From an uncultured delta proteobacterium (GTDB taxonomy: Bacteria; Desulfobacterota; Desulfobulbia; Desulfobulbales; Desulfocapsaceae): a stretch of 64,000 nucleotides of DNA. Shown piece after piece: positions 55,982 through 64,000 of the stretch. The translations under genes and the position numbers were made by a program. The DNA lies in assembly GCA_963718195.1 (NCBI GenBank), contig CAVQYQ010000004.1, positions 94,048 to 158,047 on the forward strand, given 5' to 3'. Every line of letters starts with the position of its first letter. The first letter of the stretch is position 1. The notes beneath the pieces are model-generated. The model worked only from the letters and a program-made list of their open reading frames with translations, was not told the origin of the DNA and did not search any database.

Positions 55982-56284
55982 GATTAAAGAAATGGTGTTA
56001 GGCAACCAGAGGTAGAAGCACGCTTAACAACTCTCGCCTTCCAGAGACGCCAAATGATCTGAAAAGTCGTATATATTTTGCCAGTCCCTGTTCTCATAAC
56101 AAGGAGAATGCCGCTTATCTCCTCTGGCTACAGCTTGTATAGTTCGATTTATTGCTTCTGTCTGGTAATATCGAGGTTCTTTCCCTGAGCTATCAATACG
56201 ATAGGGTCGAACTATTAGATTTTCGTTTTTATCCTCGATTTTGCGGTACGTTTTAAAACGTTTCCTGAGAATTTCCCAGAACTT
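55982..56284 (-). pseudogene. N-terminal fragment of a type I restriction enzyme R subunit (HsdR), frameshifted and truncated
   Basis: Manual translation gives ...[23 protein letters not shown] in one frame, continuing as [25 protein letters not shown] in the next (helicase motifs Q and I). Both frames stop within about 100 aa. Confidence 0.6.
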
Positions 56285-56320
56285 TTAGAACACACTAAAA
56301 ACCGGGTTTATAATTAGCCA

Positions 56321-56341
56321 TTTGAGCCACTTGCAAAATGC
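56321..56341. repeat. Solo copy of the GAGCCACTTGCAAAATG repeat (21 nt identical to 8693..8713)
   Basis: Direct comparison. Confidence 0.7.
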
Positions 56342-56481
56342 TCATTTTATTACTACTACCTCGAACAACTCCTCAAACAGCTTTCAAAGTCTTGGGCCAC
56401 AAATCACACCATCATTACACAGGAATTACACATAAACAAAAAAGGGTCACACGCATAAATCCTGTAACCATATGAAATTAA

Positions 56482-56554
56482 TAGCATCTCCGGGGCGATT
56501 CGAACATGCTACACCATGACTAGGAATACCTTTTCCCTATCCCTTCAGCATGGG
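56482..56554 (-). pseudogene. Degenerate tRNA-Arg(CCT)-like sequence (tRNA pseudogene), inverted relative to 53511..53587
   Basis: The minus strand reads ...GGATAGGGAAAAGGTATTCCTAGTCATGGTGTAGCATGTTCGAATCGCCCCGGAGATGCTA. 26 of 32 positions are identical to the tRNA from the anticodon loop through the T loop. The acceptor and T stems no longer pair. Confidence 0.45.
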
Positions 56555-56628
56555 AGCAATCGGGAAAATAGAGAATCACAATACCGCGTTAAAAAACCGA
56601 TTTTATATCAGGGTTATTCAGTTGGGAG

Positions 56629-57894
56629 CTATAGGGCCTCTCCATCCTGAACTATATTTGCGGTAAACATTTCTGCTTTGGCGTTGCAGCAGATGATGCA
56701 ATTGCGCCCGATTCTTTTTTCTGGTGGTATCTGGGCCTTTTCTCCAACGAGCGTAATTCCGGTATAAAGATGTTTCGGATAAAGTCTGTTGGCGATATCA
56801 TGGTGTTCGCCGAAACCGACCACACAGCCTTCTCCAAACTGAACCAGTTTATCGGAAACGACGAGATCCAGTGCTGCATTTTCCCCGACGTATACCTCCC
56901 TATGAAGAATTGAGTCCCTGACCACGGCCCCCTCTTCAATGACCACACCTGGGGATAATATGGAGTTAATAACAGTGCCTTTGATCACGCAGCCGGATGA
57001 AATCAGGGAATTACTTACCTTTGCCTCGCTGGTGTAGCGTGCAGCAGCCCAGTCCGCCTTTCGTTCGTCTGCCTCGACGTTGGTGCGGATATACCATTTT
57101 TCAGGGGTTAGGCCACTCTCGGGTTTGAGCATATCCATATTTGCTTCCCAATAGGCCTGGATGGTTCCGACATCTCGCCAATACCCATAAAACGGATAGG
57201 CAAACACGTTATCGTTTTCGATTGCCCAGGGAAGAATATGCATGCCAAAATCTATTTCTGCCTGGTTACGGGAGAGGGTCTGCAACAGATAGTTTCGATC
57301 AAAGATGTAGATCCCCATGGACGCCAGATTGGTTCGGGGGACCTGTGGCTTTTCTTCCCAGTCAACGATACGGTTGTCGTTGTTGGTGATACCGGCACCA
57401 AACTGATGAATTTCGCTTTTGGGCACAACCATCATCCCCACCGTCACATCCGCTTTTTTTGACCGGTGGTATTCGAGCATCACATCAAAGTCCATGTGAT
57501 AGATATGATCTCCGGACAGGATCAATACTTCATCGGTCGGGTTGGCTTCTATAAAATCGATATTTCGCCTGATCGCATCGGCGGTTCCCTGGTACCAGTC
57601 TGAATCTTTTGAACCGGTTCGCGGTGGCAGTATTGTGACACCACGACTCCTGCCGGTAAAATCCCAGGATTCACCCATGCCGAGATGTTTCATCAACGAT
57701 AGCGGTTTATACTGGGTCAAGACTCCCACTTTTGAAAATCCAGAGTTCATGACATTACTGAGGCTGAAATCGATTATTCTATAGATTCCGCCAAATGGTA
57801 CCGCTGGCTTCGCCCTGGTTGCAACGAGCAGGTTCAAGCGACTTCCAACTCCACCGGCAAGCAGTAATACGAGGGCGTCTCCTGTTCGTCTCAT
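56629..57894 (-). CDS. glgC: Glucose-1-phosphate adenylyltransferase
   Basis: LAGGVGSRL...TRAKPAVPFGGIYRIIDFSLSN, with a left-handed beta-helix C-terminus. Confidence 0.9.
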   Translation of the reverse strand: MRRTGDALVLLLAGGVGSRLNLLVATRAKPAVPFGGIYRIIDFSLSNVMNSGFSKVGVLTQYKPLSLMKHLGMGESWDFTGRSRGVTILPPRTGSKDSDWYQGTADAIRRNIDFIEANPTDEVLILSGDHIYHMDFDVMLEYHRSKKADVTVGMMVVPKSEIHQFGAGITNNDNRIVDWEEKPQVPRTNLASMGIYIFDRNYLLQTLSRNQAEIDFGMHILPWAIENDNVFAYPFYGYWRDVGTIQAYWEANMDMLKPESGLTPEKWYIRTNVEADERKADWAAARYTSEAKVSNSLISSGCVIKGTVINSILSPGVVIEEGAVVRDSILHREVYVGENAALDLVVSDKLVQFGEGCVVGFGEHHDIANRLYPKHLYTGITLVGEKAQIPPEKRIGRNCIICCNAKAEMFTANIVQDGEAL

Positions 57895-59144
57895 TTGAGT
57901 ACCCTCCCCGGTTCCACCTGTTCAACCCACTTTTCCGGACCAAGACTTGGTGTCACGGTCACCCCCTCCCCAAGCTTCGTTCCGGATGGTATCTTGTTAT
58001 TCCAGCCGATAATGGTGATTTTCTTTGATGTATCGCCCTTCTTGATGCCGATTTCGATATTGTCACCATAGCTGGTGTTCACATCTGATATAGTGTTTTT
58101 AATGATACTGTTTTTGCCGATATCATTTTTAAAACAGATCACCGAATTTTCAACAATGGAGTCGGGCCCGACATGGACACCAGGAAAGAGGATGGAGTTT
58201 TTTACCCGTCCCTCGATCGTGCAGCCATTATAGACCAGGCTGTTTCTTACATCTGCATTGTTTCCGATCAGCGCAGGTTGGTTATCCCGAATACTGCGGT
58301 GATCAAGATTGCTCCTAATCCCCCACTTCTCCATGTCAATGAGCGGATTACTGCCGAGCAGATCCATATTGGCCTGCCAGTATTCCTGCACGGTTCTGGT
58401 ATAGCCCCAATAACCGTGAAACTTATATCCGAAAATTCTTTTATTCTGACGCATCAGCCGCGGAATGATGTCTCTGCCAAATTCAAAGGAGCTGTCGGAC
58501 TGGTTCTCTTCCAGGGCCCTGTAGAGCACCTCCGGTTTAAAACAGAGCACAGTCAGTGAGGACCAGTTACCCTCAGGGTTGTCCTGCTTTTCCTGGTAAT
58601 TGGTCAACCTGCCACCCCTCTCTCCATCCTCGTTGTCTATTGCGGCCATGCCAAATCGATACGCCCTGTGACGTGCCACACGTTTGCAAACAACGGTCAG
58701 ATCTGCATTTTTCTCATGGTGATAGTCGATAACGTCGCGGTAATCCATCTGGTAGATATGGTCTCCAGACAGGATCAGGATCTCTTCAGGGACATGATAA
58801 CGAACAAAGTCAAGGTTCTTGAATATCGCATCGGCAGAACCGCGGTACCAGTCATTTTGCTCGGAATCAATGAACGGCGGTAAAATTGAGACACCCCGGT
58901 ATCTGCCGATCATATCCCAGGAGGCTCCCGTTCCGATATGATTAATTAACGAGTAACTGCGATATTGGCTCAGGATGGCGATCTGCTCTATACCCGAATT
59001 CATCAGGTTGGACAGGGCAAAATCGATCACCCGGGCGAAACCGCCAAAGGGAACTGCCGCTTTTGGACGATAGTAGGTGAGAACATTGAGTTCGTCGGCC
59101 CGACCTCCGGCCAGAATCATCGCAAGTGTGGAAGGTTTCAGCAT
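57891..59144 (-). CDS. Glucose-1-phosphate adenylyltransferase paralogue with a degenerate N-terminal motif (GlgD-like, probably regulatory)
   Basis: Same fold and length, but the GGxGxRL motif reads GGRADEL and RAKPAV reads RPKAAV. It overlaps glgC by 4 nt. Confidence 0.75.
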   Translation of the reverse strand: MLKPSTLAMILAGGRADELNVLTYYRPKAAVPFGGFARVIDFALSNLMNSGIEQIAILSQYRSYSLINHIGTGASWDMIGRYRGVSILPPFIDSEQNDWYRGSADAIFKNLDFVRYHVPEEILILSGDHIYQMDYRDVIDYHHEKNADLTVVCKRVARHRAYRFGMAAIDNEDGERGGRLTNYQEKQDNPEGNWSSLTVLCFKPEVLYRALEENQSDSSFEFGRDIIPRLMRQNKRIFGYKFHGYWGYTRTVQEYWQANMDLLGSNPLIDMEKWGIRSNLDHRSIRDNQPALIGNNADVRNSLVYNGCTIEGRVKNSILFPGVHVGPDSIVENSVICFKNDIGKNSIIKNTISDVNTSYGDNIEIGIKKGDTSKKITIIGWNNKIPSGTKLGEGVTVTPSLGPEKWVEQVEPGRVLK

Positions 59145-59239
59145 GAGGTACCCGTACGTTGTAATGAGACCAGAGACTGCGTGGCCTGTACCGTCACATC
59201 TAAAACATCGTGGCCGAATCAGCCGCTCAGGAACAACGA

Positions 59240-60346
59240 TTACTTCATGTGACGCATGGTCAGACGTTTCAGGGTTAGAGAGTTAATTTCATACTCGGTG
59301 AGTTCAAGATTTTTCAGCGGAACTTCAGCCCGAGCGGCTCCCTTATGCCCACCGGCAGAGCCAAGATGGCCAAACACACGTGTTGCCAGTTTGCCGGCAC
59401 TCTTACGATAGCCGTCACATCGAAATATGACAACTAATTTATCGTTGTGTATACCGGAGACCAACACCCAGTCGATATCTGCCACATGACTGAGAAAATC
59501 GGCGATAATCACCAGGACATCTGGACTGCGGACCTTGCCGATGTGGCTATAATAACGGCCTTTTGAATACTTAAGTTCGGCAAGGGCAGTGCTGAAGTAT
59601 TTGAGTTCGGAACGCCGCAAGTCCGTCAGTTCAAATTTTCTTACCAGGTTGCGATTAGCTATATCAAAAAGATATCTGAAAGATATCGCATCTGAGAGCC
59701 TGGCATCCTTCTCAAAATCCTGCGTATCGACTTTGATCCCATAAAACATTGCTGTTGCCAGAGAAACTGAGGGCTTGATGGAGGCAGCGCGGAGATATTC
59801 AACCAGCATTGAGGAGGCGGCGCCATAATTGGGTCTGATATCGACATAGGCTGCCTCCCAGTCCTGACCGAGCGGATGGTGGTCGATGATTACGTCAAAA
59901 TCGATTCTCTCAAAAGCCGGCAAATGGTCAGGCTGGGAATCGACAATTACTTTTTTTGTATAGTCAGATATTTTTACAGTGCCGAGCCGTTCGAGAGGAA
60001 TTCTCAAACGATTCACCATTTCAACATTGTTCAATCGACTGATTTCATTCGGATGTGCTATTGCAACGAATTTGACACGATATCTGAGTAATCGTTTAAT
60101 AGCCAAGGCACAGGCCAGAGAATCGGGGTCTGCATTGATACAGACGAGGACACTGTCTTCTTTGTCAAAAACATCCCAGAACTCTTCAAGGCGTATTTTT
60201 GCTGATTTTTTATAGGATTGCTCGCAAATAGATTGAATTCCGTTACTATTCCGTTTTCTCGCCATTAATGGTAACCGTGACAAACCGTACCGACAGGAGT
60301 ACCGCACGCGTTGCCAACCCTCGGAACACCGCTGCTCACCCCTCAT
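59240..60346 (-). CDS. DHH/DHHA1-family phosphoesterase (NrnA-like)
   Basis: Motifs INADPDSLAC, IIDHHP and GGHKGAA. The start is uncertain; the alternative is Met at 60265. Confidence 0.8.
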   Translation of the reverse strand: MRGEQRCSEGWQRVRYSCRYGLSRLPLMARKRNSNGIQSICEQSYKKSAKIRLEEFWDVFDKEDSVLVCINADPDSLACALAIKRLLRYRVKFVAIAHPNEISRLNNVEMVNRLRIPLERLGTVKISDYTKKVIVDSQPDHLPAFERIDFDVIIDHHPLGQDWEAAYVDIRPNYGAASSMLVEYLRAASIKPSVSLATAMFYGIKVDTQDFEKDARLSDAISFRYLFDIANRNLVRKFELTDLRRSELKYFSTALAELKYSKGRYYSHIGKVRSPDVLVIIADFLSHVADIDWVLVSGIHNDKLVVIFRCDGYRKSAGKLATRVFGHLGSAGGHKGAARAEVPLKNLELTEYEINSLTLKRLTMRHMK

Positions 60347-60816
60347 CTCAACAATCCTTTTTTACTTCTTATCCAGATGTTGGCAGAACCGTCTAAAGGA
60401 AATCTTCCTGAAAAAGGATCTGCAATAAAGCTGTCAGCCACCTCCTGTTGAGTTATATCTCTTACGATTTCGGACGAGTAAAGAGACAACAATGCTGATC
60501 AGCGATAAATAGCACATCCGGATCACCGAACAGCAACGAAAGATCGTAGTATACTATAATTCACCACCAAAGTGCAAGGGAGAGGTGATCGCTTAACCGA
60601 TTGTAATTAATAGATAAAAAAAATACATCCACGCCGGGGGTAACAGGACGTCCCTGACTTCAGTGAATAATATCGATTACCTGCACCAATAACCCTGTTT
60701 TACGGAGGCCCTTCTTCTTGACGGAAATAACAGGTAATGGTACCTAGTGGAACAACTATGGGGTATATCTTTCCAGGCAGAACCAGTTCCTGAAATACAG
60801 AGACGAGTATCATCAC

Positions 60817-61209
60817 ATGTTAAAAATTCTTGCTGTAGCAGTTGGCGGTGCGCTGGGGTCGGTTTGTCGCTATCTGATCGCACTATTAATCGGGCGAATC
60901 TCCAGGTACGATTTTCCCTACGAAACATTGGCGGCAAACCTCATAGGCTGCCTGCTGATCGGTCTGCTTTGGGGATATTTTGAACGGATTCAGGTGAGCA
61001 ATGAATTCAGGCTGTTCATTTTTACCGGCGTCCTTGGCGGGTTTACCACTTTTTCTACGTTCGCCCGTGAAAATGTGCAGTACTTAAAGTCTGGAGAGCC
61101 CCTCTATGCTTTGACCTACCTGCTGGCCAGTAATATCTTCGGGCTGACCCTGGTTGGTGTCGGATTCATGATATCCGTGCGTTTTTTGCACTCTGAGAGG
61201 TTCTTTTAG
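60817..61209 (+). CDS. crcB: Fluoride ion channel CrcB/FluC
   Basis: 130 aa with 4 TM segments and GGALGSVCRY...GVLGGFTTFSTF. Confidence 0.9.
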   Translation: MLKILAVAVGGALGSVCRYLIALLIGRISRYDFPYETLAANLIGCLLIGLLWGYFERIQVSNEFRLFIFTGVLGGFTTFSTFARENVQYLKSGEPLYALTYLLASNIFGLTLVGVGFMISVRFLHSERFF

Positions 61210-61212
61210 TCG

Positions 61213-62295
61213 ATGCATCTGCTCACACGCTATCTTCTCGCCCAGTTTACCCGCTACTTTTTCACGATCAACATCGGTTTCGTTGCTGTTTATCTGCTGA
61301 TTGACTTTTTCGAGAAATATGATGAATTTGCTGAGGCAGGTAAACCGGCATCACTGATTATTCAATTCTTTGTTTACAATATACCGTTTGTCATAGATCA
61401 GCTGGGCCCGATCCTGATCCTTCTCTCAGGTGTAATAACCCTCGGTATTCTCAACCACAGCAACGAGCTGACAGCCCTTAAAGCGGCAGGAATCCCCCTC
61501 AAGCGAATAATCCGACCAATATTTATCGCCGCACTCATATTTACTGCGATCTTTATCGGAACAGCGCAAGTGCTACTCCCGAAAACCATTTCCATTACCA
61601 ATGACATATGGTTTGAGCAGGTACGTGGTAAGGTTCCGCTCGGAATATTTAGAAACGGTCGGTATTACTTCAAGGGAAAGGAAGGTTTCTATTCCTTTCA
61701 ATGGCCCAACAGCCAGGATATTGTATTTCAAAATTTCTCCTATTCGACCTGGGATGACGACTACAACATCAAGGAGATCGTGGTAGCAAAAGTTGCCAGA
61801 TGGACCAAGTACGGCTGGGCTCTCAGGGTTGGCCAGGCTCAGGTACATACATCGGAAGGTTCATTTGTCACAGAACTTTTCGGAGCGCGTCATTTCTCTT
61901 TTCCTGAGACACCCGAAGACTTCCTGATTCCTGAATATGAGTCAGCTGAAATGTCGCTGACCAGCCTTTTCTTTAATATCGAGGAACAGGAAACCGCTGC
62001 TGACAAAACAATGGCACAGGCAGAATTCTACGGCCGGGTATCCTACTTGATTCTTGGTATACCATTATTGTTACTCGGTCTGCCAATTCTCATCCTGTCG
62101 TATCGGAAGTGGGGACGTGATCTCTCTATTGCTATCCCTGTGAGCTGTGGCATGGCATTTTTTGCCTGGGGAATTTGGGGCGCCCTGCAATCACTTGCCA
62201 AAACCGGTTATATGCCATCAATCCCGGCTGCACTTGGCGTACATATTGTTTTTTCACTCTTTGGGATATATCTTCTGAGGAAACAGGATCGTTAA
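61213..62295 (+). CDS. LptF/LptG-family LPS export permease
   Basis: 360 aa with the YjgP/YjgQ pattern: N-terminus LLTRYLLAQFTRYFF, 3+3 TM segments and a periplasmic beta-jellyroll region. Confidence 0.85.
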   Translation: MHLLTRYLLAQFTRYFFTINIGFVAVYLLIDFFEKYDEFAEAGKPASLIIQFFVYNIPFVIDQLGPILILLSGVITLGILNHSNELTALKAAGIPLKRIIRPIFIAALIFTAIFIGTAQVLLPKTISITNDIWFEQVRGKVPLGIFRNGRYYFKGKEGFYSFQWPNSQDIVFQNFSYSTWDDDYNIKEIVVAKVARWTKYGWALRVGQAQVHTSEGSFVTELFGARHFSFPETPEDFLIPEYESAEMSLTSLFFNIEEQETAADKTMAQAEFYGRVSYLILGIPLLLLGLPILILSYRKWGRDLSIAIPVSCGMAFFAWGIWGALQSLAKTGYMPSIPAALGVHIVFSLFGIYLLRKQDR

Positions 62296-62313
62296 ACAGT
62301 AATCACCATCAGC

Positions 62314-63192
62314 TTGGACAATTTATTTCGGGTGCACATGACTAATAACTATTCAGCTGCGCAACAGGGAGTCGTCTGGAGTGGACCATCTTCTGACCTG
62401 GATCACTGCATGGAAGTATTGCTTGAAAGGATAAATCTTTTTGAAGTACTGGGGAATGAGAAACAGGTAATACTCAAACCCAACCTGGTCGAGGCCCTTG
62501 AACCACCTGTTACGACACCGGCGTCGTTTATAGTAGCTATTGTAACGCATCTTCGCAAACACTGTCCCCATCTGAATATTATTATTGCAGATGGAACAGG
62601 GTCGCTGTCTTACGATACCTTTCACTGTTTTGATGTGCTCGGCTATCTTCCGATAGCTGAGCACACCAATGTTTCCCTGGTTGACCTGAACAGTGAACCA
62701 TCACGCCATATAGAGAACCGCGACTGCCTGCGTTGGCCCGAGATGTACCTGCCTGAGCTGATTTTCGACAGTTTTTTAATTTCAGTTCCTGTTCTGAAAG
62801 CCCATTCCATGTCACGGGTCACACTCACCATGAAGAATATGATGGGATGTGCACCTCCTGCCCACTATCAAGGAAATGGAGGGTGGGGCAAATCATCGTT
62901 TCATCATCATCTGGACGAGGCAATCTTCGACTTGAACAGGTATCGAACACCTGACTTTACTATTCTGGATGCATCGATTGGTATGGCGCAGGCACACCTC
63001 TGGGGACCAACCTGCGACCCGCCGGTTGGTAAAATCGCTGTTTCGTATGATCCGGTAGCAATAGACGCATACGGTACGTCACTTCTGGGAAAATCATGGC
63101 AGGATATCGGGCATATCAGGATGGCACACCAGCTCCTGGGAAGTGCTGATCCGCTTACGGTTAAAGAACCGCTGAGTGTTAAAACAACATAA
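62314..63192 (+). CDS. DUF362-domain protein
   Basis: VILKPNLVEA...IIIADGTG...VPVLKAHS pattern. The likely true start is the ATG at 62338 (MTNNYS). Confidence 0.65.
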   Translation: MDNLFRVHMTNNYSAAQQGVVWSGPSSDLDHCMEVLLERINLFEVLGNEKQVILKPNLVEALEPPVTTPASFIVAIVTHLRKHCPHLNIIIADGTGSLSYDTFHCFDVLGYLPIAEHTNVSLVDLNSEPSRHIENRDCLRWPEMYLPELIFDSFLISVPVLKAHSMSRVTLTMKNMMGCAPPAHYQGNGGWGKSSFHHHLDEAIFDLNRYRTPDFTILDASIGMAQAHLWGPTCDPPVGKIAVSYDPVAIDAYGTSLLGKSWQDIGHIRMAHQLLGSADPLTVKEPLSVKTT

Positions 63193-63227
63193 AAGGGGAA
63201 GAGCGTCTGGCTCCGCCCCTCCCCTTT
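63192..63227. terminator. Imperfect hairpin between convergent genes (possible bidirectional terminator)
   Basis: AAAGGGGAAG ... CCTCCCCTTT with one or two mismatches and a 16-nt loop. Confidence 0.35.
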
Positions 63228-63246
63228 GCAACTGATTACTTACAGG

Positions 63247-63954
63247 CTATTGCTCTTCTATCGCCAGCAGGTCGATTTCAAAGACGAGTACCGAGTTTGG
63301 CTCGATAACCGGTGGAGCACCGGTTTCTCCATAGGCGAGATCTGACGGAATAACAACACGATATTTTGAGCCAACTTCCATCAGCTGCAACGCCTCACCC
63401 CAACCTGGTATTACCTGGTCTACGCCAAAGATGGCGGGTTCACCTCTTTTGACTGAACTGTCAAACTCTGTTCCATCAACCAGTGTGCCGGTATAATCAA
63501 CCTTTACCGTATCAGTTTCTTTTGGTTTTGGCCCCTCAGCAGCTGTGATCACCTCATACTGCAGCCCACTTTCTGTAACTTTAACGCCTTCTTTCTTTTT
63601 GTTTTCGTCCAGAAATGCCTGTCCTGCAGCCTTATTCTTTTCCATCATTGCTGCCAGTTGCTCCTCCTGCTTTGCCTTCATCTTGGCAGCAAATTCCTCC
63701 TGAACGGCAGCAAGTTCCTCCTGGCTCATCTTTGGTTCAGCACCGGTAAAACCATCTTCAATACCTGATTTCAAGGTATCGAGATCCAGCTCATTTCCCA
63801 TACTTTTCAAATAATTACCGAGATCGAGCCCCATTGAATAGCTGAGTTTCTCGTTTGAGGTTTTGAAGGGGGATTCTGCTGCCTTGTCATCAGCCTGAAT
63901 ACAGAGCGGCATCAGGAACAAACCAGCCACAAACAAACTAACTATCTTCTTCAT
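63247..63954 (-). CDS. FKBP-type peptidyl-prolyl cis-trans isomerase (FkpA/Mip-like), periplasmic
   Basis: Signal peptide, N-terminal dimerisation helix region, and C-terminal FKBP domain (YTGTLVDGTEFDSS...VIPGWGEAL...IPSDLAYG). Confidence 0.9.
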   Translation of the reverse strand: MKKIVSLFVAGLFLMPLCIQADDKAAESPFKTSNEKLSYSMGLDLGNYLKSMGNELDLDTLKSGIEDGFTGAEPKMSQEELAAVQEEFAAKMKAKQEEQLAAMMEKNKAAGQAFLDENKKKEGVKVTESGLQYEVITAAEGPKPKETDTVKVDYTGTLVDGTEFDSSVKRGEPAIFGVDQVIPGWGEALQLMEVGSKYRVVIPSDLAYGETGAPPVIEPNSVLVFEIDLLAIEEQ

Positions 63955-64000
63955 TACATCTCCTTGGTATTAGATTTTCTCAATTAATCATAATGGCGGT

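Noticed and set aside
56482-56554. A second functional tRNA-Arg gene on the minus strand
   Set aside because: The acceptor stem and T stem cannot pair and there is an indel in the D/anticodon stem region. It is only a decayed copy.
60680-60816. A fluoride (crcB-motif) riboswitch upstream of crcB
   Set aside because: One is expected here by context. I could not find the conserved elements as I recall them: the GGxGAUGG...CC P1 region, AAxCGCC, or CUGAUGAxxCCUAC. Only a weak AGGTAATGGTACCT hairpin is present. A covariance-model scan would be decisive.

Overview
This 64-kb chromosomal window is almost fully coding. Its gene content suggests a Gram-negative anaerobe or microaerotolerant bacterium: LptF/G, NrfD and cytochrome c7 modules, 2-oxoacid:ferredoxin oxidoreductase, CydAB. 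That content looks Desulfobacterota-like, but I cannot verify this without a database. There are no CRISPR arrays, rRNA genes, transposases or intact prophage.

Main blocks:
(1) 1-7.4 kb holds a respiratory region with three NrfD-family membrane genes. Two of them are a perfect 1,233-bp direct duplication. Two NrfD genes are each followed by a Cys-rich MerR/HspR-like regulator. One sits in a module of cytochrome c7-like, Tat-exported Fe-S and NrfD proteins.
(2) 8-17 kb holds housekeeping genes: DMT transporter, CobO, YbjQ pair, hydrolase, PntAB and two PilZ proteins.
(3) 17.5-24.8 kb is a putative anaerobic lysine-to-crotonyl-CoA cluster. It encodes lysine/saccharopine dehydrogenase-like, glutaryl-CoA dehydrogenase, ALDH7-type dehydrogenase, 2-oxoacid:ferredoxin oxidoreductase and a GntR regulator. 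The gcdH gene carries an in-frame TAG.
(4) 24.8-37.3 kb holds envelope and signalling genes: an ExeA-OmpA fusion, pirin, a beta-helix/dockerin protein, HD-GYP and UbiB.
(5) 37.5-48.8 kb is a compact one-strand operon that I rate the most interesting system. It encodes myo-inositol-1-phosphate synthase, an MshA-like GT4, a PIG-L deacetylase, a HAD phosphatase, a CelD/FemAB-like GNAT, two Gfo/Idh/MocA oxidoreductases (one fused to a ThuA-like domain) and two peptidase-S51-like proteins. One S51-like protein is fused to a CysRS-type C-terminal, anticodon-binding-like domain. Together this looks like an undescribed mycothiol-like or inositol-glycoside pathway.
(6) 49-53 kb holds an SDR, CydAB and a CIA30 protein.
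(7) 53.5-56.6 kb starts at tRNA-Arg(CCT) and continues as a decayed islet. It contains a Fic protein plus a Fic fragment, an hsdR fragment, a chimeric remnant and an inverted degenerate tRNA-Arg copy.
(8) 56.6-64 kb holds a GlgC/GlgD-like pair, DHH phosphoesterase, CrcB, LptF/G, DUF362 and FKBP.

Two features recur across the window. A short repeat family (GAGCCnnTTGCAAAA) is present at five sites, including one MITE-like 142-bp element. At least five otherwise intact genes are broken by a single frameshift or nonsense codon, which is either sequencing error or real decay.
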